This document shows, piece after piece, positions 1 through 9,796 of a DNA stretch of 47,210 nt. The notes beneath the pieces were generated by a model, which did not search any database, was not told the DNA's origin, and saw only the letters and a list, made by a program, of their open reading frames with translations. This DNA comes from an uncultured Collinsella sp. (lineage in GTDB: Bacteria > Actinomycetota > Coriobacteriia > Coriobacteriales > Coriobacteriaceae): positions 1 to 47,210 of the forward strand of contig CABUBY010000001.1 of assembly GCA_902489955.1 (NCBI GenBank), read 5' to 3'. Position numbers and translations under genes: made by a program. How positions within the stretch are numbered: position 1 is the stretch's first letter; every line of letters starts with the position of its first letter.

Positions 1-188
1 CCTACGACCTCACCACTAAGACGGTTTCGGGCGCTAACGTGCAGCCGGGCGACTCTGAGTCCAGTGAGACCACGTCCTCCGGCAGCGAGTCCTCCGATTC
101 CAACAATGAGACCGCATCCTCCGAGGACAAATCGTCCAGCCAGGAAGGCACCATCACTGACGACGACATTAACAAACTCAATAGCTAG
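1..188 (+). CDS. 3' end of a truncated CDS with a Ser/Glu-rich low-complexity tail
   Basis: Frame from base 3 reads YDLTTKTVSGANVQPGDSESSETTSSG...DDINKLNS to TAG at 186-188, with GC-rich coding-type codon usage; a terminator follows. Confidence 0.65.
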   Translation, partial: YDLTTKTVSGANVQPGDSESSETTSSGSESSDSNNETASSEDKSSSQEGTITDDDINKLNS

Positions 189-254
189 TTATTGCTAGGG
201 GTGGTGTCTCCTATACGTTGGAAAGGACACCTCTTCACGGTTTCAACACGCACT

Positions 255-288
255 GCCGGGCTTCCCCAATAGGGGAGCCCGGCTTTTT
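255..288 (+). terminator. Rho-independent terminator
   Basis: GCCGGGCTTCCC...GGGGAGCCCGGC hairpin followed by TTTTT. Confidence 0.8.
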
Positions 289-505
289 CATCCCAATAAA
301 ACCAGCAGGTCAAAGCCAATTTTCGGGACCAAATACAAAGCCGCCGACGCCCTCCCATAGCGCACTTTGCCACGGAAAAGTGCGAGACTTCGGTATGCGG
401 TATCAAGCAATCGTTATTCGGGTCTTTAGGAATCCGCGTGATTAAATGCACGGCAATGGGTACATAGCCAGTACAGTAAGTCCCCGAGGCAGATTGGAGC
501 CACGT

Positions 506-1090
506 ATGGATATCAAGGTTTCTGGACGCAAGACGACGGTAACCGATGCTCTGCGTGCGCATGTGGATGAGAAGATCGGCGAGGCGCTCAAGGTTTTCGA
601 TATCGAGCCCATGACGGTCGACGTTGTACTTCGCTATGAGAAGAACCCCTCGAACCCCAACCCGGCAATCGTCGAGGTTACGGTTCGTGCCCGCGGTTCG
701 GTGATTCGCGTTGCCGAGCACGGTGCAGATATGTACGCCGCCATCGACCTCTCCGCCGATAAGGTCACCCGCCAGCTGCGCAAGTTCAAGACCAAGGTCG
801 TGGACAACCGCCAGGGCGGTGCCAGCGCCGCGGATGTCGCGCCGGTCGAGCGCGTCGAGGATCTGGCCGACCTGCTGCTGCCCGAGGAGGAGGACGACCT
901 GCTCGTCCGCGAGAAGGTCATCGATGTCACCCCGATGACCGAGGAGCAGGCGCTGGTGCAGACCGATCTGCTGGGCCACGACTTCTACGTGTTCGAGAAC
1001 GCGACGACCGGTCTCATCAATGTGGTGTATCACCGTAAGAATGGTGGATATGGCATCATCAAGCCCCGCATCGAAACACTTGACGAGTAA
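506..1090 (+). CDS. hpf: Ribosome hibernation promoting factor, long form (RaiA/S30AE plus C-terminal domain)
   Basis: MDIKVSGRK start after GGAG; DMYAAID..DKV.RQLRK motif; C-terminal PMTEEQA..LGHDFYVF..VVYHRKNGGYGII. Confidence 0.93.
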   Translation: MDIKVSGRKTTVTDALRAHVDEKIGEALKVFDIEPMTVDVVLRYEKNPSNPNPAIVEVTVRARGSVIRVAEHGADMYAAIDLSADKVTRQLRKFKTKVVDNRQGGASAADVAPVERVEDLADLLLPEEEDDLLVREKVIDVTPMTEEQALVQTDLLGHDFYVFENATTGLINVVYHRKNGGYGIIKPRIETLDE

Positions 1091-1119
1091 AATACGTTAA
1101 CTTGCATGAGTTAACGGTT

Positions 1120-1152
1120 GGCGGCCATCCCATGCGGGTGGCCGCCTTTTTT
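1120..1152 (+). terminator. Rho-independent terminator of hpf
   Basis: GGCGGCCATCC...GGGTGGCCGCC followed by T6. Confidence 0.85.
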
Positions 1153-1170
1153 ACGTAAGGAGTCGCTTTG

Positions 1171-2124
1171 ATGGACAAGGCTGCATCTACCGGCCATTCT
1201 GACCGCTGCCGCATCGTCGTCGATACCTGCTGCGACTTTAGCCCCGAGGTCGCCGCGAACCTCGATGTCGATATCCTGGGTTTCCCCTTCATTATCGATG
1301 GCGAAGAGCGCACGGACGACATCTGGTCGAGCATCACACCCAAGGAGTTCTACGACCGCATGCGCGCCGGTGCCCGCGTGTCCACCTCGGCTGTGTCGCT
1401 CGGTCGCTATATCGAGTTCTTTACCGAGTGCGCCAAAGAGGGCACGCCCACGGTCTACCTGTGCTTTACCTCGGCGTTGTCGTCGAGCTACAACTCCGCG
1501 TGCCAGGCGGCGGACGCCGTGCGCGCCGAGTATCCCAACTTTGAGCTCTACGTGGTCGACAACGCTCTGCCCTGCGCGACCGGCGCGCTCTTGGCGCTCG
1601 AGGCCGTGCGCCAGCGTTCGGCGGGACTGACCGCCAAGCAGCTGGTCGATTGGGCAAACGAGGCAAAGACCTACGTCCACGGCTACTTTACGCTCGAGAG
1701 CTTCGACGCACTGGCTGCCGGCGGCCGCATTCCGCCCGCGGCGGCGCAGCTCACGGCAAAGCTCGATGTCAAGCCCGAGCTCTCCTACGACCTTGCCGGC
1801 TCGCTGTCGCTGATCGGCGTCAACCGCGGCCGCAAGAAGGCGCTCAAGTCCATCCTCAAGTCGTTCCGCGAGAACTACGTGCCCGACCGCACCATGCCCA
1901 TCGCCATCATGACGGCCGATGCCGAAAAGGACGGTGACTGGCTCGAAGCCGCCATCCGCAAGGAGGAGGGCTGCGCCGACGTCACGATCATTCGCAGCTC
2001 CGTGGGCCCCACCATTGGCTCGCACGTGGGCCCCGGCATGGTGGCCTGCGCGTTTTGGGGTAAGAACCGCGCCGACAAGGCGTCGCTTTCCGACCGCATC
2101 GCCCGCCGCGTGCGCGGCCAGTAG
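1171..2124 (+). CDS. DegV family fatty-acid-binding protein
   Basis: RIVVDTCCD, STSAVS.G, SALSSSY, LDVKP and GPTIGSHVGPG motifs; AAGGAG RBS. Confidence 0.9.
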   Translation: MDKAASTGHSDRCRIVVDTCCDFSPEVAANLDVDILGFPFIIDGEERTDDIWSSITPKEFYDRMRAGARVSTSAVSLGRYIEFFTECAKEGTPTVYLCFTSALSSSYNSACQAADAVRAEYPNFELYVVDNALPCATGALLALEAVRQRSAGLTAKQLVDWANEAKTYVHGYFTLESFDALAAGGRIPPAAAQLTAKLDVKPELSYDLAGSLSLIGVNRGRKKALKSILKSFRENYVPDRTMPIAIMTADAEKDGDWLEAAIRKEEGCADVTIIRSSVGPTIGSHVGPGMVACAFWGKNRADKASLSDRIARRVRGQ

Positions 2125-2222
2125 GCAAGCGCTGCGTCCGTAATCGCCCTCGACTCACAGCCCAAACGCTGGCACCGAGTATTCAACCTGGTAATAACAC
2201 CCAACCTAAAAGGAAAGGTTTC

Positions 2223-3299
2223 ATGGCAAACAAGCTCTCTGTCGCATTTATCGGCACCGGAATCATGGGTGCCCCCATCGCCGGCCACATCCTGGATGCC
2301 GGCTATCCCGTCACGGTCAACAACCGCACCAAGTCCAAGGCCGCCGCGCTTATCGAGCGCGGTGCCGCCTGGGCCGATACACCGGCCGACGCCGTGGCGA
2401 ACGCCGATGTCGTCTTTACCATGGTGGGTTATCCCTCCGAGGTCGAGGAGCTCTACCTGGCGGGCGACGGCCTGCTCGCGTGCACCAAGCCGGGCGCGGT
2501 CTTGATCGACCTCACCACGAGCTCGCCCGAGCTCGCCCGTGACATTGCCGAGGCCGCCCAGGTCTCGGGCCGCATGGCGTTTGACTGCCCCGTCACCGGT
2601 GGCGAGTCGGGAGCTATCGCCGGCACGCTCACGGCTATCGTGGGCGCCACCGAGAACGACATCGCTCCGGTTCGCGATATCCTTTCCACCTTTGCGGCAA
2701 CCATCTGCTGCTTCGACGGCGCCGGCAAGGGCCAGGCTGCCAAGCTCGCCAACCAGGTGTCGCTGGGCGCCTGCATGGTCGGCATGGCAGACGCCATGGC
2801 ATTTGCCGAGCTGAGCGGCCTTGACCTGGAGAAGACCCGTCAGATGATCCTGGGCGGCACCGGCAAGTCCGGCGCTATGGAGAGCCTGGCGCCCAAGGCG
2901 CTCGACGGCGACTACAAGCCCGGCTTTATGGTCGAGCACTTCATCAAGGACCTGCGCTTGGCGCTCGCCTATGCCGACGACCGCGAGCTTGCACTGCCCG
3001 GCGCCGACGTGGCCTTTACGCTCTACGACATGCTCGACGCCATCGGTGGTGCCAAGCTGGGCACCCAGGCCATCACGGTCCTCTATAAGGAGGAGGCCGA
3101 TGCCATCGCCGCCGGTCTGGACTGGTCGCAGTATCGTCCCGAGGAGCATGGCGCTCACGAGGACGGCTGCGGTTGCGGCGAGCACGGCGACGACCATGAG
3201 TGCGGTTGCGGCGAGCACGGCGAGGACCACGAGTGCTGCGGTGGCCACGGCCATGACGACGGCCACGAGTGCTGCTGCGGCCACCATCACGGGGAGTAG
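2223..3299 (+). CDS. NAD(P)-dependent oxidoreductase, 3-hydroxyisobutyrate/6PGD family, with His/Cys-rich C-terminal tail
   Basis: FIGTGIMG Rossmann motif, DCPVTGG, KLANQ and FIKDL motifs. Confidence 0.88.
   Translation: MANKLSVAFIGTGIMGAPIAGHILDAGYPVTVNNRTKSKAAALIERGAAWADTPADAVANADVVFTMVGYPSEVEELYLAGDGLLACTKPGAVLIDLTTSSPELARDIAEAAQVSGRMAFDCPVTGGESGAIAGTLTAIVGATENDIAPVRDILSTFAATICCFDGAGKGQAAKLANQVSLGACMVGMADAMAFAELSGLDLEKTRQMILGGTGKSGAMESLAPKALDGDYKPGFMVEHFIKDLRLALAYADDRELALPGADVAFTLYDMLDAIGGAKLGTQAITVLYKEEADAIAAGLDWSQYRPEEHGAHEDGCGCGEHGDDHECGCGEHGEDHECCGGHGHDDGHECCCGHHHGE
3168..3269 (+). repeat. Intragenic 33-bp tandem repeat encoding CGCGEHG(D/E)DHE
   Basis: Two near-identical units at 3168-3200 and 3201-3233, plus a degenerate third unit. 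Confidence 0.8.
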
Positions 3300-3304
3300 C
3301 GCCT

Positions 3305-3733
3305 ATGAGCTGGACGTTCGTGGTGCTTGCGCTGGTGCTCTTTCTCTTTGCGATCTACATTGGCTTTTTGTGCGGCCAGTGGGCGTGCGAAAAGCGCGTC
3401 ATCACCAAGCGCGACTACTGGATTGCCAACTTTGCGGGAGCGGCGGCAGTCGTCCTGCTGACCTGGGTGTTCTCACTGTTCCCGCTGGTGCAGTTTGCGC
3501 CGATCGGCTGGCTCGGCGGCTTTATCGCCGGCCTTAAGATGAGCTTTGGCGAGTCCGTCGGTCCGTGGCGCAAGCACGACGAGGTCTTTAACGTCAACAA
3601 GGCTCACCGTGCCGCCGCCGACGCGGGCGACGCCGAGGAACGCCGCCGTGCGCGTCGCAATGGCGCGGCCGATCGACAGCTCATCTCGGTCACCGATGAC
3701 AGCAAGGGTGCTGGCAAGCACGCTAAGAAATAG
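3305..3733 (+). CDS. Hypothetical membrane protein
   Basis: ATG at 3305 after GGAG; three hydrophobic segments and a charged tail; tightly packed in the operon. Confidence 0.75.
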   Translation: MSWTFVVLALVLFLFAIYIGFLCGQWACEKRVITKRDYWIANFAGAAAVVLLTWVFSLFPLVQFAPIGWLGGFIAGLKMSFGESVGPWRKHDEVFNVNKAHRAAADAGDAEERRRARRNGAADRQLISVTDDSKGAGKHAKK

Positions 3734-3748
3734 TAAGAAGAGGTAACT

Positions 3749-4447
3749 ATGGCAGAAAACAAAGACGAACAGCTCACCGACGAGGAGCTGGCACAGCTTC
3801 AGCTGGCAGAGGAGAACGAGAACGCCGTCGACCGTCTGGTCAAGGAACTCGGCTGCCCCACGCGCCGCATCCGCCAGTTTGCCACCCGCGTGCTGCACCT
3901 GCTTGCCGAGCGCGATCCGCAGCGCGTCGTGCCCTGCGTGCCCGCGCTGATCGAGGCGCTCGACCGCCCCGAGGCTCAGACCCGCTGGGAGGCCCTCGAT
4001 GCCCTGACGGCGCTCGCCACCACCTGCCCCGAGCAGCTGGGCGATGCCTTTGAGGGTGCCGAGACCGCACTGTTCGACGAGATCTCCTCCACGCTGCGCT
4101 ATGCTGCCTTCCGCCTGCTGTGCGTGTGGGGCGCCACGAGCGTCGAGCGTTCGCGCGAGGCTTGGCCCATCCTGGACGAGGCCATCCAGTGCTACCACGG
4201 CGACCTCGAGTATCGCGACATGCTCGGTTGCCTGTACGAGTTTGGCCAGGGCGAGATCGACGCCGAGGTCGCCGAGAAGCTTGCGCTGCGCCTTAAGTTC
4301 GATGCCGAGAACGGCAAGGGCAGCTATCTCAAGGCCCGTTCGAGCGAGATTTGCGAAATGCTTGTTAAACGTTTTGGCCTGGATCTCTCCAAAAAGAAGA
4401 AGCGTGCTAGCGTTAAAAAATCTGACGACGCCGAAGACGAGGAGTAA
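3749..4447 (+). CDS. HEAT/armadillo-repeat hypothetical protein
   Basis: Repeated amphipathic helices (VPALIEALD.PE..TRWEALDAL); GAGG RBS. Confidence 0.75.
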   Translation: MAENKDEQLTDEELAQLQLAEENENAVDRLVKELGCPTRRIRQFATRVLHLLAERDPQRVVPCVPALIEALDRPEAQTRWEALDALTALATTCPEQLGDAFEGAETALFDEISSTLRYAAFRLLCVWGATSVERSREAWPILDEAIQCYHGDLEYRDMLGCLYEFGQGEIDAEVAEKLALRLKFDAENGKGSYLKARSSEICEMLVKRFGLDLSKKKKRASVKKSDDAEDEE

Positions 4448-4453
4448 CAGATT

Positions 4454-5539
4454 ATGGCGCACGATGTAGTCCTGATTCCCGGTGACGGTATCGGTCCCGA
4501 GATTACGCAGGCCATGCGCCGCGTGGTCGAGGCTGCCGGTGTCCAGATTAACTGGAACGTCCAGGAGGCCGGTGCCGGCGTCATGGACGAGTTTGGCACG
4601 CCGCTGCCCCAACACGTGCTCGATGCGGTCGCCGAGACCAAGGTTGCCATCAAGGGCCCCATCACCACGCCGGTCGGCACGGGTTTCCGCAGCGTTAACG
4701 TCGCCCTGCGCAAACACTTCGACCTGTATGCCTGCGTGCGCCCCTGCCTGTCGCAGCCGGGCGACGGCTCGCGCTTCCGCGACGTCGACCTGGTCATCGT
4801 GCGCGAGAACACCGAGGATCTCTACGCCGGCATCGAGTTCGATGAGGGCGCTGCCGAGGTCGAGGAGCTCTCGCAGCTCGTCGAGCGCTCGGGCCAGAAG
4901 ACCTTCGCCGCGGATTCCGCCATCTCGATCAAGCCCATCTCCATCGCCAAGAGCCGCCGCATTGTGGAGTATGCCTTTGAGTATGCCCGCCGCTGCGGCC
5001 GCAAAAAGGTGACGGCCGTGCATAAGGCCAACATCATGAAGGCGACCGATGGCCTGTTCCTGCGCGTTGCGCGCGAGGTGGCCGCCAACTATCCCGATAT
5101 CGAGTTCAACGACAAGATTGTCGATGCCACCTGCATGGGCCTGGTCCAGAACCCCAACGACTTCGATGTCCTGGTGCTGCCCAACCTGTACGGCGACATC
5201 GTGAGTGACCTGTGCGCCGGCCTGGTGGGCGGCTTGGGTATGGCCCCCGGCTCCAACATCGGTGCCGACTGCGCAATCTTTGAGGCAACGCACGGCTCCG
5301 CGCCCGATATCGCGGGCCAGGATATCGCTAACCCCACGGCCGAGATTCTGTCTGCGGCTATGATGCTCGATCACCTGGGCGAGAACGACGCGGCCAATCG
5401 CATTCGCGCCGCCGTTTCTACCACGCTCGACGAGGGTGAGCAGGTTACCGGCGACGTTCGTCGTGCCCAGACCGGCTCCGTTGAGGGCGCTGTGGGCACG
5501 CAGGCCTTTGCCGATGCCGTTATCGCGCACCTGGCCTAA
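4454..5539 (+). CDS. icd: Isocitrate/isopropylmalate dehydrogenase family, probably isocitrate dehydrogenase
   Basis: [39 protein letters not shown] and [12 protein letters not shown] motifs. Confidence 0.8.
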   Translation: MAHDVVLIPGDGIGPEITQAMRRVVEAAGVQINWNVQEAGAGVMDEFGTPLPQHVLDAVAETKVAIKGPITTPVGTGFRSVNVALRKHFDLYACVRPCLSQPGDGSRFRDVDLVIVRENTEDLYAGIEFDEGAAEVEELSQLVERSGQKTFAADSAISIKPISIAKSRRIVEYAFEYARRCGRKKVTAVHKANIMKATDGLFLRVAREVAANYPDIEFNDKIVDATCMGLVQNPNDFDVLVLPNLYGDIVSDLCAGLVGGLGMAPGSNIGADCAIFEATHGSAPDIAGQDIANPTAEILSAAMMLDHLGENDAANRIRAAVSTTLDEGEQVTGDVRRAQTGSVEGAVGTQAFADAVIAHLA

Positions 5540-5665
5540 GGCATGCAGACTGCAAACGCCTAAATAGTACTTAAGTGTTTGCGTATAACCTAAGAATCAA
5601 TACGCCCGGCGCTCTGTCGGGCGTATTCTATTGAGGACTATGTTTCCTAACAAGGAGTAACTGAT

Positions 5666-6751
5666 ATGGGTCTGATTCAAAAGAAGGACGAGAAGGACGA
5701 GATCGACGGCATCCAGATCATCGAGCGCGGCGAAGGCCCCGACGGTGACGAGGACGAGAAGATCGATCTGGTCGCAGGTACGTCTGCCGAGCACATTGCT
5801 GCCGGCACGACCGCCGAGGAGGAGGACGCCCGCCTGGAGGCTCAGATTGCCGCGGATGCCGCCGACGAGAACCTCATGCCTGAGGAGCAGGACGAGGACG
5901 ATGACTCCGACGTGGACGACAGCGCATCCAAGCACAAGAAGACGATCATTGCCGCCTTTGTGGTCGCCATCGTGATCGCTGCTGTGGTCGGCTTCTTTAT
6001 TGGCAACGGTGGTTTTGGCGGCAAGGGCGTCGGCTCGGCGACCCTCACCGAGGGCCAGCTCGATTCGACCGTGGCAAGCTACAGCTACAACGGCAAGAAG
6101 AGCGACATCACCGCGCGCGAGGCCATCGAGAGCCAGTACAGCCTTGATACCGTCAAGGATAGCGATGGCAACTACACCGCTCCCTCTGCCGACGTTATCC
6201 TGTCCTACGTGCGCAACCAGATTCTGCTGGACGCTGCCGAGGATGAGGGCATTACCGTCTCTTCTAAGGAGATGAAGGAGTACGCCGAGGATTCCATCGG
6301 CACTTCGGACTACAAGACCATGGCCACGCAGTATGGCGTGTCCAAGGACCAGGCCAAGCAGATCGTCCGCCAGTCCGCGACGCTGCAGAAGCTCTACAAG
6401 AAGAAGGTGAGCGATAGCTCCGCAAGCATGCCGATCGCTCCGACCGAGCCTTCTGACGGCAACGAGGACACCGCGAGCAAGGACTACGCCGATTACATCA
6501 TCAACCTTGCCGGTGACGAGTGGGATAGCAAGAAGGGTACCTGGAAGGACAAGGACAGCACCTACGCTAAGGCCTTCGCTGACGATGCCTTTACGGCCGA
6601 TAGCGCTACCTATAAGCAGGCCATGACCGCCTATTACACCGCCTACCAGCAGTACTCTTCGCAGGCTTCGAGCGCCAGCTCCAAGTGGACCGAGTACGCC
6701 AACGGCCTCTACGCCAAGGCCAATATCAGCATCTACGGCCTGTTTGCGTAA
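5666..6751 (+). CDS. Membrane-anchored extracytoplasmic protein with a SurA-N/PrsA-like segment
   Basis: Acidic N-terminus, KHKK followed by a TM helix, then VRNQILLDAAEDEGITVSSKEM (SurA-N-like); AAGGAG RBS. Confidence 0.6.
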   Translation: MGLIQKKDEKDEIDGIQIIERGEGPDGDEDEKIDLVAGTSAEHIAAGTTAEEEDARLEAQIAADAADENLMPEEQDEDDDSDVDDSASKHKKTIIAAFVVAIVIAAVVGFFIGNGGFGGKGVGSATLTEGQLDSTVASYSYNGKKSDITAREAIESQYSLDTVKDSDGNYTAPSADVILSYVRNQILLDAAEDEGITVSSKEMKEYAEDSIGTSDYKTMATQYGVSKDQAKQIVRQSATLQKLYKKKVSDSSASMPIAPTEPSDGNEDTASKDYADYIINLAGDEWDSKKGTWKDKDSTYAKAFADDAFTADSATYKQAMTAYYTAYQQYSSQASSASSKWTEYANGLYAKANISIYGLFA

Positions 6752-6791
6752 AGATTTGTCTGAGCCACCGAGCGCGTAGCCGAAATATCTG

Positions 6792-6831
6792 AATAGCCCG
6801 CTAGAACGGATGTTGTTCTAGCGGGCTATTT
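6792..6831. terminator. Bidirectional terminator between convergent genes
   Basis: AATAGCCCGCTAGAAC...GTTCTAGCGGGCTATT perfect 16-bp stem. Confidence 0.8.
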
Positions 6832-6860
6832 GCGTTTAGGCGCTGGTGGCTAAATTATGC

Positions 6861-7100
6861 CTATGAATCTTTAAGTCCAAAAAGATTATCGGCTTCATCG
6901 TCAGGCATATATTCCAGCACATCGCCCGGTTGGCAGTCGAGTGCCCGGCATATCGCGTCAAGAGTTGAAAAGCGCACGGCAGAAACCTTGCCCGTCTTGA
7001 TGCGCGACATATTGACCTGGGAGATGCCCACACGTTCCGCAAGCTCTTTGGATGAGATCTTGCGTTCGGCGAGCATGCGGTCAAGCCGCAGAATAATCAT
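6861..7100 (-). CDS. Cro/C1-type (HTH_26, YozG-like) transcriptional regulator
   Basis: LRLDRMLAERK..ELAERVGIS...RFSTLDAICRALDCQPGD. Confidence 0.9.
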   Translation of the reverse strand: MIILRLDRMLAERKISSKELAERVGISQVNMSRIKTGKVSAVRFSTLDAICRALDCQPGDVLEYMPDDEADNLFGLKDS

Positions 7101-7109
7101 GGATTCCCC

Positions 7110-7748
7110 CTAGAGCAACTCGTCATCTTGTTTTTGCAGGATATACCCGTAGCGGAAGATGCTGGCAATCAGGCAAATAATCAGGCCTGCAAAGAGCATA
7201 GAGGGCTCGAATAACTGGCCGACGAACGCATCCGTAAAGCTGCCACCAAATCCTGAGAGTATCATTCCCGTGATTACGGCACCAAGAAGCCTCACGGCAA
7301 CGCCGCCGATAAGGAATAAATGTCCTACTCGACGAAGTGTGTGGTTACATTCAAGGTCAAAGGGCCTGCCTTCCTTTTCAATGTTGAAGAAAAGCCTGCG
7401 CACGCTTAGCGCGATGGTAAGCGCAAGGCATGTCATCAAGAGGCTCCCTAGGGCAGTGTGACCATCGTGTGCGACGAGCATAAGTGGGGCCTGCGCATCG
7501 GTACCGACGATAGCAAGGCACGGCCCTTCGCCGCCTTGAAGTTCTACGGATTGGAGACACGACCCTTGGGAGAGGCTAGGCAATACGAGTAGAAGGTCAA
7601 TCGCAATGACTGCGAGAAGTCCCAGAGCGAGCGCGGTGGTAATGCAGATCGTGGCCCATTTGCAGATGCGAGCGAGCTTCCTCAGTTTGGCTATCGTCTG
7701 TTCGCGGCTGATGGTTTCATTCGATATAGATGCGTTTCGATGGACCAT
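7110..7748 (-). CDS. DUF2975-family membrane protein
   Basis: Four TM segments, F.NIEK.GRPF and terminal IFRYGYILQKQDDELL motif; directly upstream of the HTH_26 gene, as is typical; GGAGGGG RBS before ATG 7748. Confidence 0.8.
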   Translation of the reverse strand: MVHRNASISNETISREQTIAKLRKLARICKWATICITTALALGLLAVIAIDLLLVLPSLSQGSCLQSVELQGGEGPCLAIVGTDAQAPLMLVAHDGHTALGSLLMTCLALTIALSVRRLFFNIEKEGRPFDLECNHTLRRVGHLFLIGGVAVRLLGAVITGMILSGFGGSFTDAFVGQLFEPSMLFAGLIICLIASIFRYGYILQKQDDELL

Positions 7749-8333
7749 AACCCCTCCAATCGGCGTTTTGTATGATACTTGTATCATATCATAATTAACG
7801 ATAAACGATAAATAATTACTGATAATGAGTAAGTAATGATTGAAAACGATTAGCGTGAGCTATTAGCTCATTTTGGATGCTGGAGTTTGGCGCGCGGGGG
7901 ATGAGGACAAATGCCAAAACTTCCCGTGATCGTTCTCGTGATTGCGCAAGCGCTCCATTGTGTTTCCCTAATTCATCTGGGAAAACAACTGCAAACGATT
8001 GCAAGTAACCGGTGAACGGTCGAAAACGACCGTTCGCCGATAATCTCAAAACTGGTTCAGACTGGTATTAAGTCAAAAAGACCAATTCACATATCTTCAC
8101 AATGACCTGCAATTTTTCTACACGCTATTTTTAGCCGCCCTGCGTTGTTTAGACACGGGAAAAGATCCGATCTTTTGCCAAAGCATTTCGAAACGGTTTC
8201 AAAACCGCAGGTAGATGTGTTAACGACCGGTAAACGGTCGAAATATCACCGTGAGCGGTGCAAAAACGTTTTACTGTATGAATCAACGAAAGCGACCTCT
8301 TCTGGGGTGATATAGTGACAACAACACGTCACG

Positions 8334-8345
8334 TGGTTACTACCA
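8334..8345. promoter_or_regulatory. Putative GntR/HutC-type operator upstream of the GalNAc PTS operon
   Basis: TGGTTACTACCA, with an identical copy at 12626-12637; resembles TGGTnnnnACCA HutC-family sites. Confidence 0.65.
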
Positions 8346-8462
8346 GTTGAGAAACCATTGGTCTTCAAAGAACGCTTTCCAAGAAGCTTTAAGGGCGAGC
8401 GCCCGCTGGCTTCCGAAAATCATCGGACTCAGATCGTACACACCTTCGGAAGGGAAATTTGA

Positions 8463-8906
8463 ATGGTTGGCTTTATTCTTACCGGTCATGGACAGTTCGC
8501 ACCCGGTCTCGCAAGCGCTATCGCTATGGTTGCCGGTGACCAGCCCGCTTTTACCGTCGTTCCTTTTGAGGGCGACCAGGCTGCTTCCTACGGTGAGGAT
8601 CTCCGCGCCGCTATTACCGCCATGCGCGAGGAGTGCGATGGCGTGCTCGTCTTTACCGACCTGCTTGGCGGCACCCCGTTTAACCAGTCGATGATGATTG
8701 CCCAGGATGTCGACAACGTCGAGGTTCTGACCGGCACTAACCTCCCCATGGTTATTGAGCTTCTGTTCCTCCGCGGCAATGCCACGCTCGCCGAGCTTGG
8801 CGAGCAGGCAGTGACCGTTGGCCAGACGGGCATCACCGCCCAGACGGTCGCATCCGTTGCCGGCTCCGACGAAGAGGATATCTTCGGCGACGAGGACGGC
8901 ATCTAA
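8463..8906 (+). CDS. agaF: PTS mannose-family IIA (GalNAc type)
   Basis: ILTGHGQFAPG and FTDLLGGTPFN, GTNLPM motifs. Confidence 0.85.
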   Translation: MVGFILTGHGQFAPGLASAIAMVAGDQPAFTVVPFEGDQAASYGEDLRAAITAMREECDGVLVFTDLLGGTPFNQSMMIAQDVDNVEVLTGTNLPMVIELLFLRGNATLAELGEQAVTVGQTGITAQTVASVAGSDEEDIFGDEDGI

Positions 8907-9187
8907 TGGCCGATTTCGGAGCCAACGTCCTGAGCTCCTCGGTCGCTCTTTTAGGCCTGCTTGTCATCATGGGCTTGATTTACACCATCTGGTCGCAAAT
9001 CAACATGAAGAAGAAGCAGAAGTACTTCAAGGAGCTGCACACCGAGCTCAAGCCGGGTCAGGAGGTTCTTTTCGCCGGCGGTATCTACGGAACCGTCAAG
9101 GGCATCGAAGGCGAGAAGGTCCAGATCAAAGTTCGATCCGGAGCCGTCGTAGATGTTTCGCGTTACGCGATTCAGGAGATCAAGTAA
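8906..9187 (+). CDS. yajC: YajC-like small membrane protein
   Basis: One TM helix, then LKPGQEVLFAGGIYGTV...VSRYAI; start overlaps the IIA stop (TAATG). Confidence 0.8.
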   Translation: MADFGANVLSSSVALLGLLVIMGLIYTIWSQINMKKKQKYFKELHTELKPGQEVLFAGGIYGTVKGIEGEKVQIKVRSGAVVDVSRYAIQEIK

Positions 9188-9223
9188 CTGTCGTCAGCAA
9201 ATAGCGAAAGGAAGCTGATCAAC

Positions 9224-9706
9224 ATGGCAGAACCCAACATTCTTCTTACCCGCATCGATAACCGACTGATTCATGGTCAGGTTGCCACCCAGTGGAACTC
9301 CACTCTGGGCTCCAACCTCATCCTCGTCGCCAACGACGACGTGTCAACCAATACCATGCGCCAGAACCTCATGAAGATGGCCGCTCCCGCCGGCGTCGCT
9401 ACGCGTTTCTTCTCCCTGCAGAAGACCATCGACGTCATCGGCAAGGCGAGCCCGCGCCAGAAGATCTTCATCGTGGCCGAAACACCGGAAGACGTGCTTA
9501 CGCTCGTCAAGGGCGGTGTACCTATAAAGAAGGTAAACATCGGCAACATGCACATGTCGGAAGGAAAGCGCCAAGTCGCCACCTCCGTCGCAGTTAACGA
9601 CGAGGATGTCGCTGCGTTTAAAGAGCTGCAGGAATTGGGGGTGGAGCTGGAGATCAGGCGCGTTCCGAGCACGCCTGTTGAGGACACGAGCAAGCTCTTC
9701 TCGTAA
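9224..9706 (+). CDS. agaV: PTS mannose-family IIB (GalNAc type)
   Basis: LTRIDNRLIHGQV and VNIGNMH motifs. Confidence 0.88.
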   Translation: MAEPNILLTRIDNRLIHGQVATQWNSTLGSNLILVANDDVSTNTMRQNLMKMAAPAGVATRFFSLQKTIDVIGKASPRQKIFIVAETPEDVLTLVKGGVPIKKVNIGNMHMSEGKRQVATSVAVNDEDVAAFKELQELGVELEIRRVPSTPVEDTSKLFS

Positions 9707-9796
9707 TCCTCGTGATCCACATTGTCAGGAGTGAAACCCTGACGTTCTGTACGTGATATCAAAAGTGCGTACATACATTTTGAAAGGAGGAGCAAG

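Noticed and set aside
198..235. Small hairpin before the first terminator as an sRNA or riboswitch
   Set aside because: Short imperfect stem in a 3' UTR with no recognisable family features.
3473..5530. Long antisense ORFs (this 685-aa one, and 28147-30318, 31660-33729, 38274-40106 and others)
   Set aside because: They are shadows of real genes caused by high-GC codon bias; they have no RBS or family motifs.
7816..8049. 77-aa ORF in the aga upstream region
   Set aside because: No RBS or motif; it overlaps AT-rich regulatory DNA containing the CGGTGAACGGT boxes.
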